Below, piece after piece: positions 37,468 to 48,200 of a stretch of DNA of 64,000 nucleotides. Source of the stretch: a virus. Its lineage: Duplodnaviria > Caudoviricetes. Made by a program: the position numbers and the translations under genes. The notes under the pieces are model-generated. The model made no database searches, had not been told where the DNA came from, and saw nothing but the letters and a program-made list of their open reading frames with translations. Numbering within the stretch: position 1 is the stretch's first letter; each line of letters starts with the position of its first letter. Location of the stretch: the IMG/VR virus record IMGVR_UViG_2693429913_000001, positions 7,081 to 71,080 of that record; one strand, written 5' to 3'.

Positions 37468-38061
37468 ATGGCATTAAAAAAAGACTTGATTCAAGAGTTA
37501 GTAGAGAAGCATGGGTATGAGAAGAGTAAGGTAGTCGACTTAACCAGTGCTGAGTTAACCGACTTAATTGAAAAAGAACAATCCAATGATGATCCTACGA
37601 AAAAAACAAAAAGTACTGAGGTAGATCGAGATGATCTCATCGAAGTGATGAACGGAACATCTGGTGGATTAAAGATTGGCTCGTCAAGGACAGGCTATAT
37701 ATGGGAGTTTTCCGAGTATGGTCAGATGGACTCTATCGAGTACCACGAGTTGGAAGCGATGCGAAATCGGAATCCTAAGCTATTTGCAGATGGGGTTCTC
37801 ATTCTCTTAAACGATGAAGTGGTGAAGAAGTTTCGTATGGAAGAGGTGTACGAAAATCTGGTTACTCCTGCCAACGTAGAGAAAATCTTTGAGAAAAGCG
37901 TAGAAGAACTCCAGTTATTCATTGAAAAAATTCCAAAAGGGATGTTGCAAACATTAGTGGGACAAGCAGTCGCCTTATACAGACAAGGGAAATTAACCAA
38001 TATTCAAATGATCAAGTTCCTAGAAGAACGTTTCAACCTCACCTTTGATGATATGTTGTAG
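37468..38061 (+). CDS. YonA-like virion/head protein
   Basis: Synteny; WEFSEYG...IEYHEL motif. Confidence 0.55.
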   Translation: MALKKDLIQELVEKHGYEKSKVVDLTSAELTDLIEKEQSNDDPTKKTKSTEVDRDDLIEVMNGTSGGLKIGSSRTGYIWEFSEYGQMDSIEYHELEAMRNRNPKLFADGVLILLNDEVVKKFRMEEVYENLVTPANVEKIFEKSVEELQLFIEKIPKGMLQTLVGQAVALYRQGKLTNIQMIKFLEERFNLTFDDML

Positions 38062-38069
38062 GTGATTCG

Positions 38070-38489
38070 ATGACTCCATTGAGACAAGTCTATGAAGTGT
38101 TCCTCTCCAAGATCTCCGACTACACATTTCTCTCCCTCACACCCTCCCAAATTGAAGAAGATTTATTTGGTTATCTCCGTTCTGCTACAACACGCTTCCA
38201 TCGATGCAAAAAAGACTTATCCATTCAATCCAACTCACTTGTATCTACATTAACCCTGTTTGAAATTGAGATTTTGGTTACTCTCATGATCTGTGAGTAT
38301 ATGAAGCCACTTATTCTCTCTTCCGAGCTCATGAAACAATCCCTCAGCGACAAAGACTTCCGTATCTATTCTCAAGCCAATCAGATTCGAGAACTAAACC
38401 TCACTTATCGGATGTTTCGTACAGAAGCACAACGACTCATGACAGACTACAACTACTTAGATTTGTCCGAGACGGATTTTCGTGATTAG
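38070..38489 (+). CDS. head-tail adaptor-like protein
   Basis: MTP...VYEVFLSKISD, DKDFRIYSQAN; synteny. Confidence 0.6.
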   Translation: MTPLRQVYEVFLSKISDYTFLSLTPSQIEEDLFGYLRSATTRFHRCKKDLSIQSNSLVSTLTLFEIEILVTLMICEYMKPLILSSELMKQSLSDKDFRIYSQANQIRELNLTYRMFRTEAQRLMTDYNYLDLSETDFRD

Positions 38490-39231
38490 GGCGGTGATGT
38501 CAATGAGTTATTTAGAATCCTATCAAAACCGTCTCAAGAGAAACGGAAGTCATAACGGTGAAGCTTACACAAACAATACCATTGCCATGATCCAATCTAC
38601 GTTCCATGCCTCTCCTACCTTCCGTGTATTGGGAGTTAGAAGTGCCCAGTATCCCGATCTTATGCAAATGGATGCACGGATCATCAAGATAGAAAGATTA
38701 GGATCATTACGAGAGGTCATCTTTCGGCCTAATCAGCGATTGGAGATCGGAACTTACATCACTTTCGATGATGACACTTGGATTATCTTCGATCAATTTC
38801 GAGGACTTGTTTCCAAGGTCATCGTAGCAAAGTGTAATCACACATTGAGATGGAAGAATCAGCACGATCAAATACTGGAATTCGATTGTGTCGCCAGCAC
38901 CATGGATCTGGGTTCTAAGACGAAAAAAAGTAAGGATGAAATTCGGTGGAACAAATACGATGTCCCTCTTCCGATGGGTCAACTCTTGGTCTTCGTAGAG
39001 TCCAATTCAGCTACTAGTCAAATCGAATTAAATCACCGATTCATCTTTAACCGAAAGGCTTATGAAGTGGTGGGAATCGATGGTACTACTTTAGTCAATA
39101 AAAGTGGGTTTGGTGTCCTCCAGTTAACTTTATCTCTCACAACCCTACAAGAAGGCGACGATCTAACAAATCGGATTGCTTCCAATCGATATCCACTTGA
39201 AGAATCACCTACAAGGGAGGGACTATGGTGA
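38482..39231 (+). CDS. head closure/neck protein
   Basis: KCNHTLRW; synteny with the SPbeta yom neck genes. Confidence 0.55.
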   Translation: MIRAVMSMSYLESYQNRLKRNGSHNGEAYTNNTIAMIQSTFHASPTFRVLGVRSAQYPDLMQMDARIIKIERLGSLREVIFRPNQRLEIGTYITFDDDTWIIFDQFRGLVSKVIVAKCNHTLRWKNQHDQILEFDCVASTMDLGSKTKKSKDEIRWNKYDVPLPMGQLLVFVESNSATSQIELNHRFIFNRKAYEVVGIDGTTLVNKSGFGVLQLTLSLTTLQEGDDLTNRIASNRYPLEESPTREGLW

Positions 39232-39746
39232 GACTAGACTCCTTATCAAAAAATATCGTAACAATCCTTACCGAGTTGGCAAAAAACGAAGGACTTGCCA
39301 AACTGTTACTCAACGATGTAAGCACCCCCTTCTCCTCTCGTTTACCTCCTATTGATTCGAATAAGATCCTCAATCAGAAAAGCGAGCTATGCCGAATTTT
39401 TCCCTTCCCCTTTAGCCCCGAAGCCCATACAGAAGATCATTCCTTTATTCGTGTCTACTATCCCAACGGATCATTCAACGAAAATGAAGTCATCGCTGAA
39501 ACCCAAATCAACTTTGATATCGTCGTCGCTAAAAGCTTGTGGTTGATTGAGGACGGTAATCGAAAACTAATACGCCCCTATGAAATCATGAGTAGAGTCA
39601 CAGACATGCTAGGTAAGAGAAGTATTGGATCAACCATCCAACTTAAATTCTCAGGTTGGAACCATCTCTCCGTAAACAACCGATTTGATGCCCTCCGTCT
39701 CTACAGTGAGTATATGTCGGTGGAAGCAGGTTCGCATGGAGTATAA
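39225..39746 (+). CDS. tail completion-like protein
   Basis: Synteny; FDIVVAK..W, IRPYEI. Confidence 0.5.
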   Translation: MVRLDSLSKNIVTILTELAKNEGLAKLLLNDVSTPFSSRLPPIDSNKILNQKSELCRIFPFPFSPEAHTEDHSFIRVYYPNGSFNENEVIAETQINFDIVVAKSLWLIEDGNRKLIRPYEIMSRVTDMLGKRSIGSTIQLKFSGWNHLSVNNRFDALRLYSEYMSVEAGSHGV

Positions 39747-40587
39747 AAAGTTAAATGAAGTCGATCTCAAACTGAAACTGCTCAGTGGATCTAGTATCTA
39801 TGTAGACGGGTTAGAGATTCAACCCTATACCCTGAAAGAAATCTGTGATTACGGCTACTCGAATTATATGAAATACCTGCAATGGGTTGCCCTTTCTATG
39901 GAAGACTTTCTACATGGGATCAAAGACGAAAGCGAAAAGGAAATTCTAGCTAAACAAAAAGACCATCTAAAAGTATTCGATTTTTATATCAAACTAGGCG
40001 GTCAAGAATTACAACAAGATCTGCTTACTAGTCTCTCCATGATATTCCGCACTGAAGATGTCTCCGTTTTGGATGATGGTGTTATTGCCCTCGATTGGGT
40101 TCGTTTGGGCATTTTGCAACGTTCTGATTCCAATCAACCTCAAATCAATGAGCAAAAGCTCAACTCCCTCCACGAAAAAGAAATCAAGCTCATCCATCGA
40201 GATAATTTTGACGACATCATTCAAGTCGTAAAGCTCCAAAACTACATGAGCAAACCCCATATCAGCAAACAGACCATAGAGAATCCCTCAGATGATGATA
40301 CTCGTCAATTAATCGATCAAATGAAGAAACTACAGCAAAAAGTAGAGACAGCAAAAAAATTGAGTAGCAGTACTGGTGAATCCGAAATGGATCTCGCTGA
40401 CCTAATCTCTGCGGTAAGTAGTAAAAGCCACTCTCTCAACAAGTTCAATATTTGGGATTGTACTCTCTATCAGCTTTACGATGAGTACGCTCGTCTGGAA
40501 TGTATTGAACAATATGAATTTAGCACCAAAGCCATGCTTGCAGGTGCAGACAAAATCAAGCTGAAACATTGGTCTGCCCCATTGTAA
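39685..40587 (+). CDS. YomV-like tail-associated protein
   Basis: IWDCTLYQLYDEY.R...AGA..KLKHW; likely start ATG 39736. Confidence 0.6.
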   Translation: MMPSVSTVSICRWKQVRMEYKKLNEVDLKLKLLSGSSIYVDGLEIQPYTLKEICDYGYSNYMKYLQWVALSMEDFLHGIKDESEKEILAKQKDHLKVFDFYIKLGGQELQQDLLTSLSMIFRTEDVSVLDDGVIALDWVRLGILQRSDSNQPQINEQKLNSLHEKEIKLIHRDNFDDIIQVVKLQNYMSKPHISKQTIENPSDDDTRQLIDQMKKLQQKVETAKKLSSSTGESEMDLADLISAVSSKSHSLNKFNIWDCTLYQLYDEYARLECIEQYEFSTKAMLAGADKIKLKHWSAPL

Positions 40588-41354
40588 TTTACATCAGGAG
40601 GAATACATACATGCCCAACATTCAATACGGTTTAAAAGAGGTTGCAAACGTAATTTTCTTTGATGCCTCCACCAATAAACCCATTATTTTCTTCGATACC
40701 TTGAAAGTATCTTCCATTGAAAACGAATCCGAAAGCACTGAAGCCCGTGGTGGCCAAGGGAACGGTAAATTGATGAGCTGGGACTTCGGACGAACAGCCA
40801 CCCTAACCATGCAAGATGCTCTGCTTTCAGATGCATCCCTTGCAATGCTATCAGGTAATGCATTACAACAGTCAAATATTAAAGTAGTAGGCCGTGAAGT
40901 TCTATCAGCCACAGGAGCAACCGCTACCAAAGTTACTTTAAAAGAAACTCCTCTTACCAACTCTGTCACTGTCTATAAGATGGCAGGCGGGATGATGACC
41001 ACAGAAGTCACTACATTTACGACGAGTGCAAAAGATGTGAGCTTTTCCGCAGGAGTAAAAGACGGGGATCAGCTAATGGTTTTCTATGAATATACCATTG
41101 CTGATAACACAGCAACACTCGTTACCTTCTCAGCAGAAAAATTCCCTGCTACTTATCGAGTAGTGGGAGACACTGTTGTTCGTGGTCGTGATGGTGTAGA
41201 CCGTAAAATGCAATTTCTTATTCCTAGAGCGAAGTTGCAATCTTCCTTCACCTTCACCATGGATGCAGAAAACGTTTCCACTTTCGATTTCAACTTGGAT
41301 ATCATCGTAGAAGCAGGAACCAACAAGCTATACGATATTGTCCGTTTCGCCTAA
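40569..41354 (+). CDS. major tail tube protein (YomU-like)
   Basis: YGLKEVANV, DTLKVSSIE, ARGGQGN..LMSWD, FPATYRVVGDT; likely start ATG 40611. Confidence 0.8.
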   Translation: MVCPIVIYIRRNTYMPNIQYGLKEVANVIFFDASTNKPIIFFDTLKVSSIENESESTEARGGQGNGKLMSWDFGRTATLTMQDALLSDASLAMLSGNALQQSNIKVVGREVLSATGATATKVTLKETPLTNSVTVYKMAGGMMTTEVTTFTTSAKDVSFSAGVKDGDQLMVFYEYTIADNTATLVTFSAEKFPATYRVVGDTVVRGRDGVDRKMQFLIPRAKLQSSFTFTMDAENVSTFDFNLDIIVEAGTNKLYDIVRFA

Positions 41355-41362
41355 TTTCTAAG

Positions 41363-41393
41363 AGAATGGTAGAGGTTCTCTCTGCCATTCTTT
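41363..41393 (+). terminator. terminator after the tail tube gene
   Basis: AGAATGGTAGAG/CTCTGCCATTCT stem followed by a short T-run. Confidence 0.6.
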
Positions 41394-41467
41394 ATATATA
41401 AGATCTCTTTTATCAACTTGACATGAACAAATCTGCCAACAGAAATACCCAAAAGGAGTTTGAATAA

Positions 41468-42400
41468 ATGAAGGTATTGGATTTATTCGCAGGGGTTGGG
41501 GGCTTTCGCCTTGGAATGGAGATGGCAGGGCATCAAACTGTAGGATGGGTGGAGATAGATAGATTCGCACGAGAATCATATGAAGCTATACACAAGCCAA
41601 AGGGAGAATGGACACATGACGACATCGCAACAGTCGATCACAATGACTTGCCCACAGCGGACATCTGGACGTTCGGCTTCCCGTGTCAGGACATTAGTGT
41701 CGCTGGATCACGAAGTGGATTCAAAGGAAGTAGATCAAGTCTCTTTTTCTCAGTTACAAAGCTACTTAGAGAAATCAAGAAAGAAGATTCCAGCCAACTA
41801 CCTAGCTACCTTATCATTGAAAATGTTAAAAACTTTCTTGCAGTCAACGGAGGATGGGATTTCCTCGCTACCCAAATTGAATTGGATGAAATCGGGTACA
41901 ATCTGGAATGGCAAGTACTCAATTCACGAGATCACAGAGTCGCACAGAATCGAGAACGGATCTTTATTATCGGACATTTGCGAGGAAGAGATACCAGAAA
42001 AGTACTTCCTATCGGAAGCAATAACAAACAGACTGCACTTAAACAAGTTGGAGTTCTAACAGGTCAGAAATTCAAACAGAGTGCTAGAGTATACAGTCCT
42101 AAAGGCATATCGCCCACTCTTTGTGCTAAAGGTGATGCTCCTAAGATTTTAGTAGAAACTTCGCAAGGTGAACGATCTGTTACTATCCATAATCTAGAGA
42201 GATTAAAGAAGCTGGCTAAGAGTGGATACAGATTACGTAGATTAACACCGCTGGAGTGCTGGCGGGCACAAGGATTCCCAGATTGGGCATTCCATAGAGC
42301 TAGAGATGCAGGTATATCAGACACTCAATTATATCGACAGGCAGGAAATACGGTCACGGTTCCTGTTGTGTATGAGATTGCAAAGAGAATTCCAATTTGA
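41468..42400 (+). CDS. dcm: DNA (cytosine-5) methyltransferase
   Basis: DLFAGVGG, FGFPCQD, IENV, QNRERIF, RRLTPLEC, QAGNTV motifs. Confidence 0.93.
   Translation: MKVLDLFAGVGGFRLGMEMAGHQTVGWVEIDRFARESYEAIHKPKGEWTHDDIATVDHNDLPTADIWTFGFPCQDISVAGSRSGFKGSRSSLFFSVTKLLREIKKEDSSQLPSYLIIENVKNFLAVNGGWDFLATQIELDEIGYNLEWQVLNSRDHRVAQNRERIFIIGHLRGRDTRKVLPIGSNNKQTALKQVGVLTGQKFKQSARVYSPKGISPTLCAKGDAPKILVETSQGERSVTIHNLERLKKLAKSGYRLRRLTPLECWRAQGFPDWAFHRARDAGISDTQLYRQAGNTVTVPVVYEIAKRIPI
41616..42059 (+). CDS. overlapping +1-frame polypeptide (M.EcoHK31I beta-like partner of the methyltransferase)
   Basis: RBS AGGGAG 9 nt before ATG 41616; ends WMKSGTIWNGKYS...ES...SLLSDICEEEIPEKYFLS. Confidence 0.6.
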   Translation: MTTSQQSITMTCPQRTSGRSASRVRTLVSLDHEVDSKEVDQVSFSQLQSYLEKSRKKIPANYLATLSLKMLKTFLQSTEDGISSLPKLNWMKSGTIWNGKYSIHEITESHRIENGSLLSDICEEEIPEKYFLSEAITNRLHLNKLEF

Positions 42401-42416
42401 CATGGAGGAATGCATA

Positions 42417-42923
42417 GTGGCAAAAAGCAAATCCGAAATAAAACGACTTACCTCTCATGAGCTAAAGAAACAAGACAAGAAACTAGAGGGCACATATCCA
42501 GTCGATCTAGTAATAAATGAGACAGTATACGAGATCATAGTAGATGAACATTTCCGCAAATCAAAAATCTTCCAGTTACTTGATGATATGATCCGATTCT
42601 ACAACGAAGCAAATAAACCCCTTAATGCCTCTCTACTCGAACTCAGTACCCCCTACTCTACTCTTCTCATTATCAAACACTTTACGGACTTTGAGGTTTC
42701 AGATGATATCAACGAAGCTCTAGCCGTGTTAAATCTATTAATCGACCTAGACCTCCTTGATAAGATCCTTAATGCGATGCCTGAACAGGAAATCACTAAA
42801 GTCTACGAGATGTTGTCTCAGATGCTCACCAACATGCAAGTTAATCTAGAAGAAGCCGAAAAACAAGCCGATGAGCTAGGTAAGCAAGTTGCAAACAGCG
42901 AAGTGAAAACATTGGTTCAGTAA
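42417..42923 (+). CDS. putative tail assembly chaperone
   Basis: GTG start after GGAGG (track ORF 42306); helical acidic protein between tail tube and tape measure. Confidence 0.55.
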   Translation: MAKSKSEIKRLTSHELKKQDKKLEGTYPVDLVINETVYEIIVDEHFRKSKIFQLLDDMIRFYNEANKPLNASLLELSTPYSTLLIIKHFTDFEVSDDINEALAVLNLLIDLDLLDKILNAMPEQEITKVYEMLSQMLTNMQVNLEEAEKQADELGKQVANSEVKTLVQ

Positions 42924-43381
42924 TGGCATTCAATCTACATGGACTTCGTGCGATCGGAGAAGAGGAAATCAAAAAGTTGCTTCTCCAAGAAGGAAAACAA
43001 CTAGAGCGAATCGCCAAACACACTTGGCAAAAATACCTAGATTCCTATCATCCTATTGAGTATATCCGTACAGGAGCCTCTATGAAAGCAATAAAACTGG
43101 GGCGAATTGAGAGATTGTCTTCTCTAGAATATGGCATACGTCTAGAGTTTGTTGATGATCTTAGTTACCATGATTCAGTTATAAGAGGCGGTGATCAAGG
43201 TCATGCAATTATGCTAATTAGTGACGGTTGGAAGGCTACTCAAGGAAGGCAAGCTAAAGTTTATCGATTCGGATATTATGAAGGCTTTCAATATATCGAA
43301 CAAGTTCTGAAAGCATATGAACAATCCAAACCTGATCTAGTTCAAATTCAATTTCACTGGAATGGAGCCTATACCCGTTAA
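42923..43381 (+). CDS. phage tail/neck protein
   Basis: Y.SYHPIEYIRTG motif; synteny. Confidence 0.5.
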   Translation: MAFNLHGLRAIGEEEIKKLLLQEGKQLERIAKHTWQKYLDSYHPIEYIRTGASMKAIKLGRIERLSSLEYGIRLEFVDDLSYHDSVIRGGDQGHAIMLISDGWKATQGRQAKVYRFGYYEGFQYIEQVLKAYEQSKPDLVQIQFHWNGAYTR

Positions 43382-44247
43382 CGGAGGTGATCAGTTGGCT
43401 CATAAGAACGTGGACAGAAAACATATTGTATTTTATAGTGGTGGACTCGGAAGCTGGATGACAGCCAAGCTTGTAATAGAGAAATATGGGAAAGAAAATA
43501 TCATCCTCTTATTTACCGATACCCTAATAGAAGATAAAGATTTATATCGTTTTCTCAACGTCACTGAGGAACATTTCGGGATTCAAATTACAAGGATTGC
43601 AGATGGGAGAACTCCTTGGCAGGTGTTTAGGGACAATCGCTGGCTTGGAAATGCTAGAGTCGCACCATGTAGTCACCATTTAAAGCAGAAAACTGCTAGA
43701 AAATGGATTGAAGCGAATTTCCTCCCTAATGAATGTACCTTATATCTTGGAATAGATTGGACGGAAATGCATCGAAGAAATGCACCTATCAAAAATTGGC
43801 ACCCTTATCAAGTGGAGTTCCCACTCTGCGAAGAACCCTATATTAGTAAGCAAGAAATTGTTGGAGAATTAGCTAATACTGGAATAGAACTCCCCAAACT
43901 TTACAAGCTTGGATTTTCTCATAATAACTGTGGAGGCATTTGTGTTCGAGGTGGACAAGGGCACTGGATTCATTTATTAAAAACGATTCCAGAGAGATAT
44001 TTGGAAGCAGAACAAAAAGAACAAGAAATGAGAGAATTTCTTCAAAAGGATGTTACGATTTTAAGCCGTCAACGGAATGGTAAAAAACATAAATTAACCT
44101 TACGAACATTACGTAAAGAATACGAACAAGACAAGCCTATCGATATATTGGACATTGGTGGATGTGGCTGTTTCGTAGATAATGAACCCGATCAATATCC
44201 CAATGTAAATTGAGCTGGATAGCCAACGGAGGTGATTACTTGGCTCA
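43380..44247 (+). repeat. 23-bp direct repeat (21/23) duplicating RBS and start codon around the PAPS-reductase-like gene
   Basis: AACGGAGGTGATCAGTTGGCTCA (43380) and AACGGAGGTGATTACTTGGCTCA (44225). Confidence 0.85.
43395..44213 (+). CDS. PAPS-reductase-like adenine nucleotide alpha-hydrolase (PP-loop) protein
   Basis: VFYSGGLGS PP-loop, FTDTLIED, PCSHHLK, LGIDWTE, HNNCGGICV, GGCGCF; TTG start after GGAGGTG. Confidence 0.8.
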   Translation: MAHKNVDRKHIVFYSGGLGSWMTAKLVIEKYGKENIILLFTDTLIEDKDLYRFLNVTEEHFGIQITRIADGRTPWQVFRDNRWLGNARVAPCSHHLKQKTARKWIEANFLPNECTLYLGIDWTEMHRRNAPIKNWHPYQVEFPLCEEPYISKQEIVGELANTGIELPKLYKLGFSHNNCGGICVRGGQGHWIHLLKTIPERYLEAEQKEQEMREFLQKDVTILSRQRNGKKHKLTLRTLRKEYEQDKPIDILDIGGCGCFVDNEPDQYPNVN

Positions 44248-45220
44248 ACCATATCGAAAAATTGAAAACGTAGACACTGAATTTTGGGATATCCAAGCAA
44301 ACCCCTACAACAAAGAATTAATCGAAGAATTTCTATCTCAACAACACCTCTCCCCTGCTACACTCAAACAGTATACTTCTGCCTTAAAAGTGTTTGCAAA
44401 ATGGATATACGACTTTGCCCGAAATAAGAATATCCATGAATTAAAACCAAGGGATGCTTTAAAGTATCAAAACTGGCTCATCAGCTTAAATCTCTCCTCT
44501 AACTCAATCAAGTTCAAACGGAGCGCTGTCTCCAGCCTTTGTGGATTCATTGAGTTATACTACCACGACGAACATCCAACCTTCCGAAATATCTTTACCA
44601 AATCTATCCCTGCTGTCCCTAAGTCAAATATAAAAGAGAAAGTCCCTCTCACAATCGAAGAGATCCAAACCCTCATTGACGAATTAACCCGTCGTCAGGA
44701 ATGGCAAAAGATTGCTTACATTTGCTTCACTTACTCCACAGGTTGTCGACGTGAAGAGACACGTCAGTTACGAACAGAAGTTGCTACCTATGAGAAGTAT
44801 AAAGAGAAAAATTTCTATGTCAGCCATAAGATACGAGCCAAAGGGCGTGGCAAAGAAGGAAAACTCCGTCACTTTGCATTTGACGAGAGATCCATGAAAG
44901 CAATTCAAAAATGGTTATCCCATCGTTCTAATCAAGTCGAGCAAGACAATTGCCCTTATGTATTTGTCCGAAAGACGAAGAACGGCTATCAGCAAATCTC
45001 TGCTAATAGCTTCAATTTATGGTGTAAGGAGTTTAGTGAAATCCTTGGTGGAAAAACCGTATATCCCCATTTATTCCGAAGCTCCCGAGCTACCAATGCT
45101 GTTATCGAGGAAGGTAAAGATATTCAATCTGTCCAGAAATTACTGGGACATGAAAGCTCCCAAACAACAGAAATCTATGTCGTTCGGGATGATTCGGATG
45201 ATCTAGACGATTTGTTTTAA
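44240..45220 (+). CDS. tyrosine recombinase (YomM-like) within the tail operon
   Basis: Intact R-K-H-R-H-Y: STGCRREE, GRGKEGK, PHLFRSS, LGHESSQTTEIY. Confidence 0.9.
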   Translation: MAQPYRKIENVDTEFWDIQANPYNKELIEEFLSQQHLSPATLKQYTSALKVFAKWIYDFARNKNIHELKPRDALKYQNWLISLNLSSNSIKFKRSAVSSLCGFIELYYHDEHPTFRNIFTKSIPAVPKSNIKEKVPLTIEEIQTLIDELTRRQEWQKIAYICFTYSTGCRREETRQLRTEVATYEKYKEKNFYVSHKIRAKGRGKEGKLRHFAFDERSMKAIQKWLSHRSNQVEQDNCPYVFVRKTKNGYQQISANSFNLWCKEFSEILGGKTVYPHLFRSSRATNAVIEEGKDIQSVQKLLGHESSQTTEIYVVRDDSDDLDDLF

Positions 45221-45270
45221 ACCAGATCCAAGCATAATATCCAAATATCCAGAAATGGGGTGAGAAAAAG

Positions 45271-48200
45271 TTGGCAAAATCCAGTGCAAATATCCTATTA
45301 CGAGCTAAAATTGATATCTCCAAGTCGATGCCCGATATCCGAAAACAAGTGGACGAGATCAGTCACAAGCTAGAAAACAAACCTGTTAAGCTAAAAGCAA
45401 AACTGGATCTGAAGATGAAAGACTTCGTTCCTCAACTGAGACTTATATCTAAAAAGATTGAGAATAAACCACTTAAACTAAAAGTCCATTTAGATGTCCA
45501 CGGCTCCGCACTCGCTATTAAGAGACAGCTTCAAGATGTCCACAAGACAGTGGATGATTTCAACAAAAAATACAGCAAACAATTGTCCCGTATGCAAGAT
45601 CAAACGAAAAAAGGGTTCTCCACTCCCTCTTTAGGTGGGTTTGATCTTAAGCAATACGTATCACATATAAAAGAAGCCGAAAGAATGATGAAGCAGACTT
45701 TTGGAAAAGGTCTCTTCTCTTCTGTTGAAACAAAGGATGCTTTTGGGAATCTAAATGGATTCGTCGCTCAATTAGAAAAGGTAAACGGAGTTGTCCAGCG
45801 AATCCGCTATAACTGGAATCAGGACGAAGATAAATTTAAAGTCATTGACATCAAAACAGCTACTACAACGGAAAAAGTAGTGCAGAAATCTATAAACTCC
45901 CTACGAGAATTGGAACGAGAAATTCTAAAGCTCGGAAAAAACAGTACTCAGTTTTGGAAGGAATACAACCAACTTCAAAACCAAGGAAAATCAGGCACTC
46001 TCACTCCCTCCACTGTAGCTGATCTCAAACAACGTATTCGAGATGAACAAATTCTCCAACAACAAATCAGTAAGGAAAACCAGTTTCTTCTCGAACAAAA
46101 AAAGCTCATTGAAGAAATTCGCCATACCCGATCCCAGCGTACCGCCGAACGAAATCAAGTAGCCTATCGTCCCTTGGATCAGAGTGCCCGAAAAGCTACT
46201 ACTGCGGAAGAGTTAAAAGAGATCCGTTTCCAAACAGAACAGTTGGCACGTCGTCATCAAAAAGATGAGCAGTATCAGAAAGACCAAATCAATCTATTGA
46301 AAGAGCGCATCAAGATCATGCGTGAACTAAGAAAGATTGAAGCCCAAACCCCTACGAATCCGAACAACGGAAAACTCCGCCAACAGTATGTAGAAGAAGC
46401 GAAAGCTATTACCCAATCAATCCGATCCTATCGAGATTTGGAGCAAGCTCGGAATCGTCTTAGCGCTCTAAAAAATAACCAGTGGCAAGATTCAGATCAA
46501 CGCCGAGCAAGAAAGCTTTTAGAAGACTTGAAAGCAGTTGGGGAACAGCTTAAAGTCACAGGTCACAACATGTCTCGCTTTAATCGTGAAATTGGAAAAA
46601 TAGATGTAGGGCAAGGTCAAAAACTGAATACCAAAGATATTGAGTTGCAATTAGATGCTTATACCCGTCTACTCCGTCGGAAGAAAGCTGAAATTCGAAA
46701 TGCCGAAAAGGAGTTACGATTAGGCGAGGATATTACCCAATCTGTGAATCGACGAATGGGTCCAACTGGAGTCTCACAATTAGAAGGGTTAATTAAATCC
46801 AGAGACATCCAAGGGTTACAGGAATTCATCGGGAAAATCTATGGAGCCAAAGTCGCTACTGTATCTTTGAGAAATGATGGAGTTGATCCGACTGGTCGTG
46901 CTGTAACCAAACTGGTCACAACATTTGATAGTGCTGGGAAATCCGCTCGTCGTGTGAGCTTGACCATGGCAGAAGGATCTCGTACCCTCCGACAATCCTC
47001 CGAAGAAATGGTTTACAACGCTAACCGAAACTTAGGTGTCTTTGAGCAACTGCGTATTGCGATGTCTAGGGTTCCTGTTTGGATGACAGCTATGACCGCT
47101 TTTTATGGTTCGATTAATGCTGTCAGAGCAATGGCTACTGAAATCCTACAATTGGACAAGGCTTTAACAGAATTAAAGCGGGTAGCCGATGGGAATCTCT
47201 CCATTGACACCCTTTTCCAAGGAGCCATTCAACTCTCTAGCGAACTCGGGAACAATCTTCATGATGTGATGAAATCGTTAGCCGAATTCACTCGTACCTT
47301 TGGTGATTTTAACGAGCGACAACTTCTTGCCATCACCAAAACGGCCACCCTCATGTCAAATGTCTCAGATCTATCCGCTCCTGAAGCAACCGAATCACTA
47401 GTTGGAACAATGAATGCTTTTAACATAAGTGCAGAAGAATCGATTCGAATTGTGGATGCCTTGAACCAAGTCGATAATGACTATGCCATCTCTACAAAAC
47501 AGTTGGCGGAAGGATTATCGAAATCTGCTTCTACTGCTAGGACATTTGGTGTTTCAATGGAGGAGTCCGTTGGTCATATTACCGCTATTGGCGCTGTCAC
47601 GATGGAATCAGGGAAGGTCATCGGGAACGGCTTGAAAACCATTTATTCGAGAATCACTACTTTGGCAGATGCTCGGGAAGTTCTGCAAGGAATTGGGATT
47701 GACATCAAGCAGATCAAAAACGGGCAAGAAACCGTAAGGCCCGTTGCCGATATACTGGGAGACTTACATAACCGTTGGGACTCACTCAGCAATTCCCAAA
47801 AACAAAATATCGCTGTTACAGTAGCAGGTCGTTACCAACTAAGCCGTTTTCTTGCGTTAATGAACAACTATCAAATGGCTCTTGATTCAACCGAAACAGC
47901 CGAGACCTCACATGGTTCAGCCATGAGAGAAAATGCCGAGTATCTAAAGTCCTTTGAAGCGAGAATCAATCAGTTGAAAAATGCTTTCGCTGAACTCTCT
48001 CATTCCGTTGGGGATGCAGTCTTAAGTGATGGAATGTTAGCCGTCATCTCAGGTTTAGGTGCACTTACTCAAGCAGGAATTTCGATTGCTCAGACTTTTG
48101 GTGCATTGCCAGTCATATTTGGTGTGGTTGCACTCGCCATGACCAAAATGGGAATGTTTGAGAAAGTTACAAAGGGATTAACAGAAGGCTTTGATGCATT

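Noticed and set aside
42417-43381. G/GT-type programmed frameshift of the tail chaperone
   Set aside because: No convincing slippery heptamer near the 3' end; the next gene starts by TAATG coupling.
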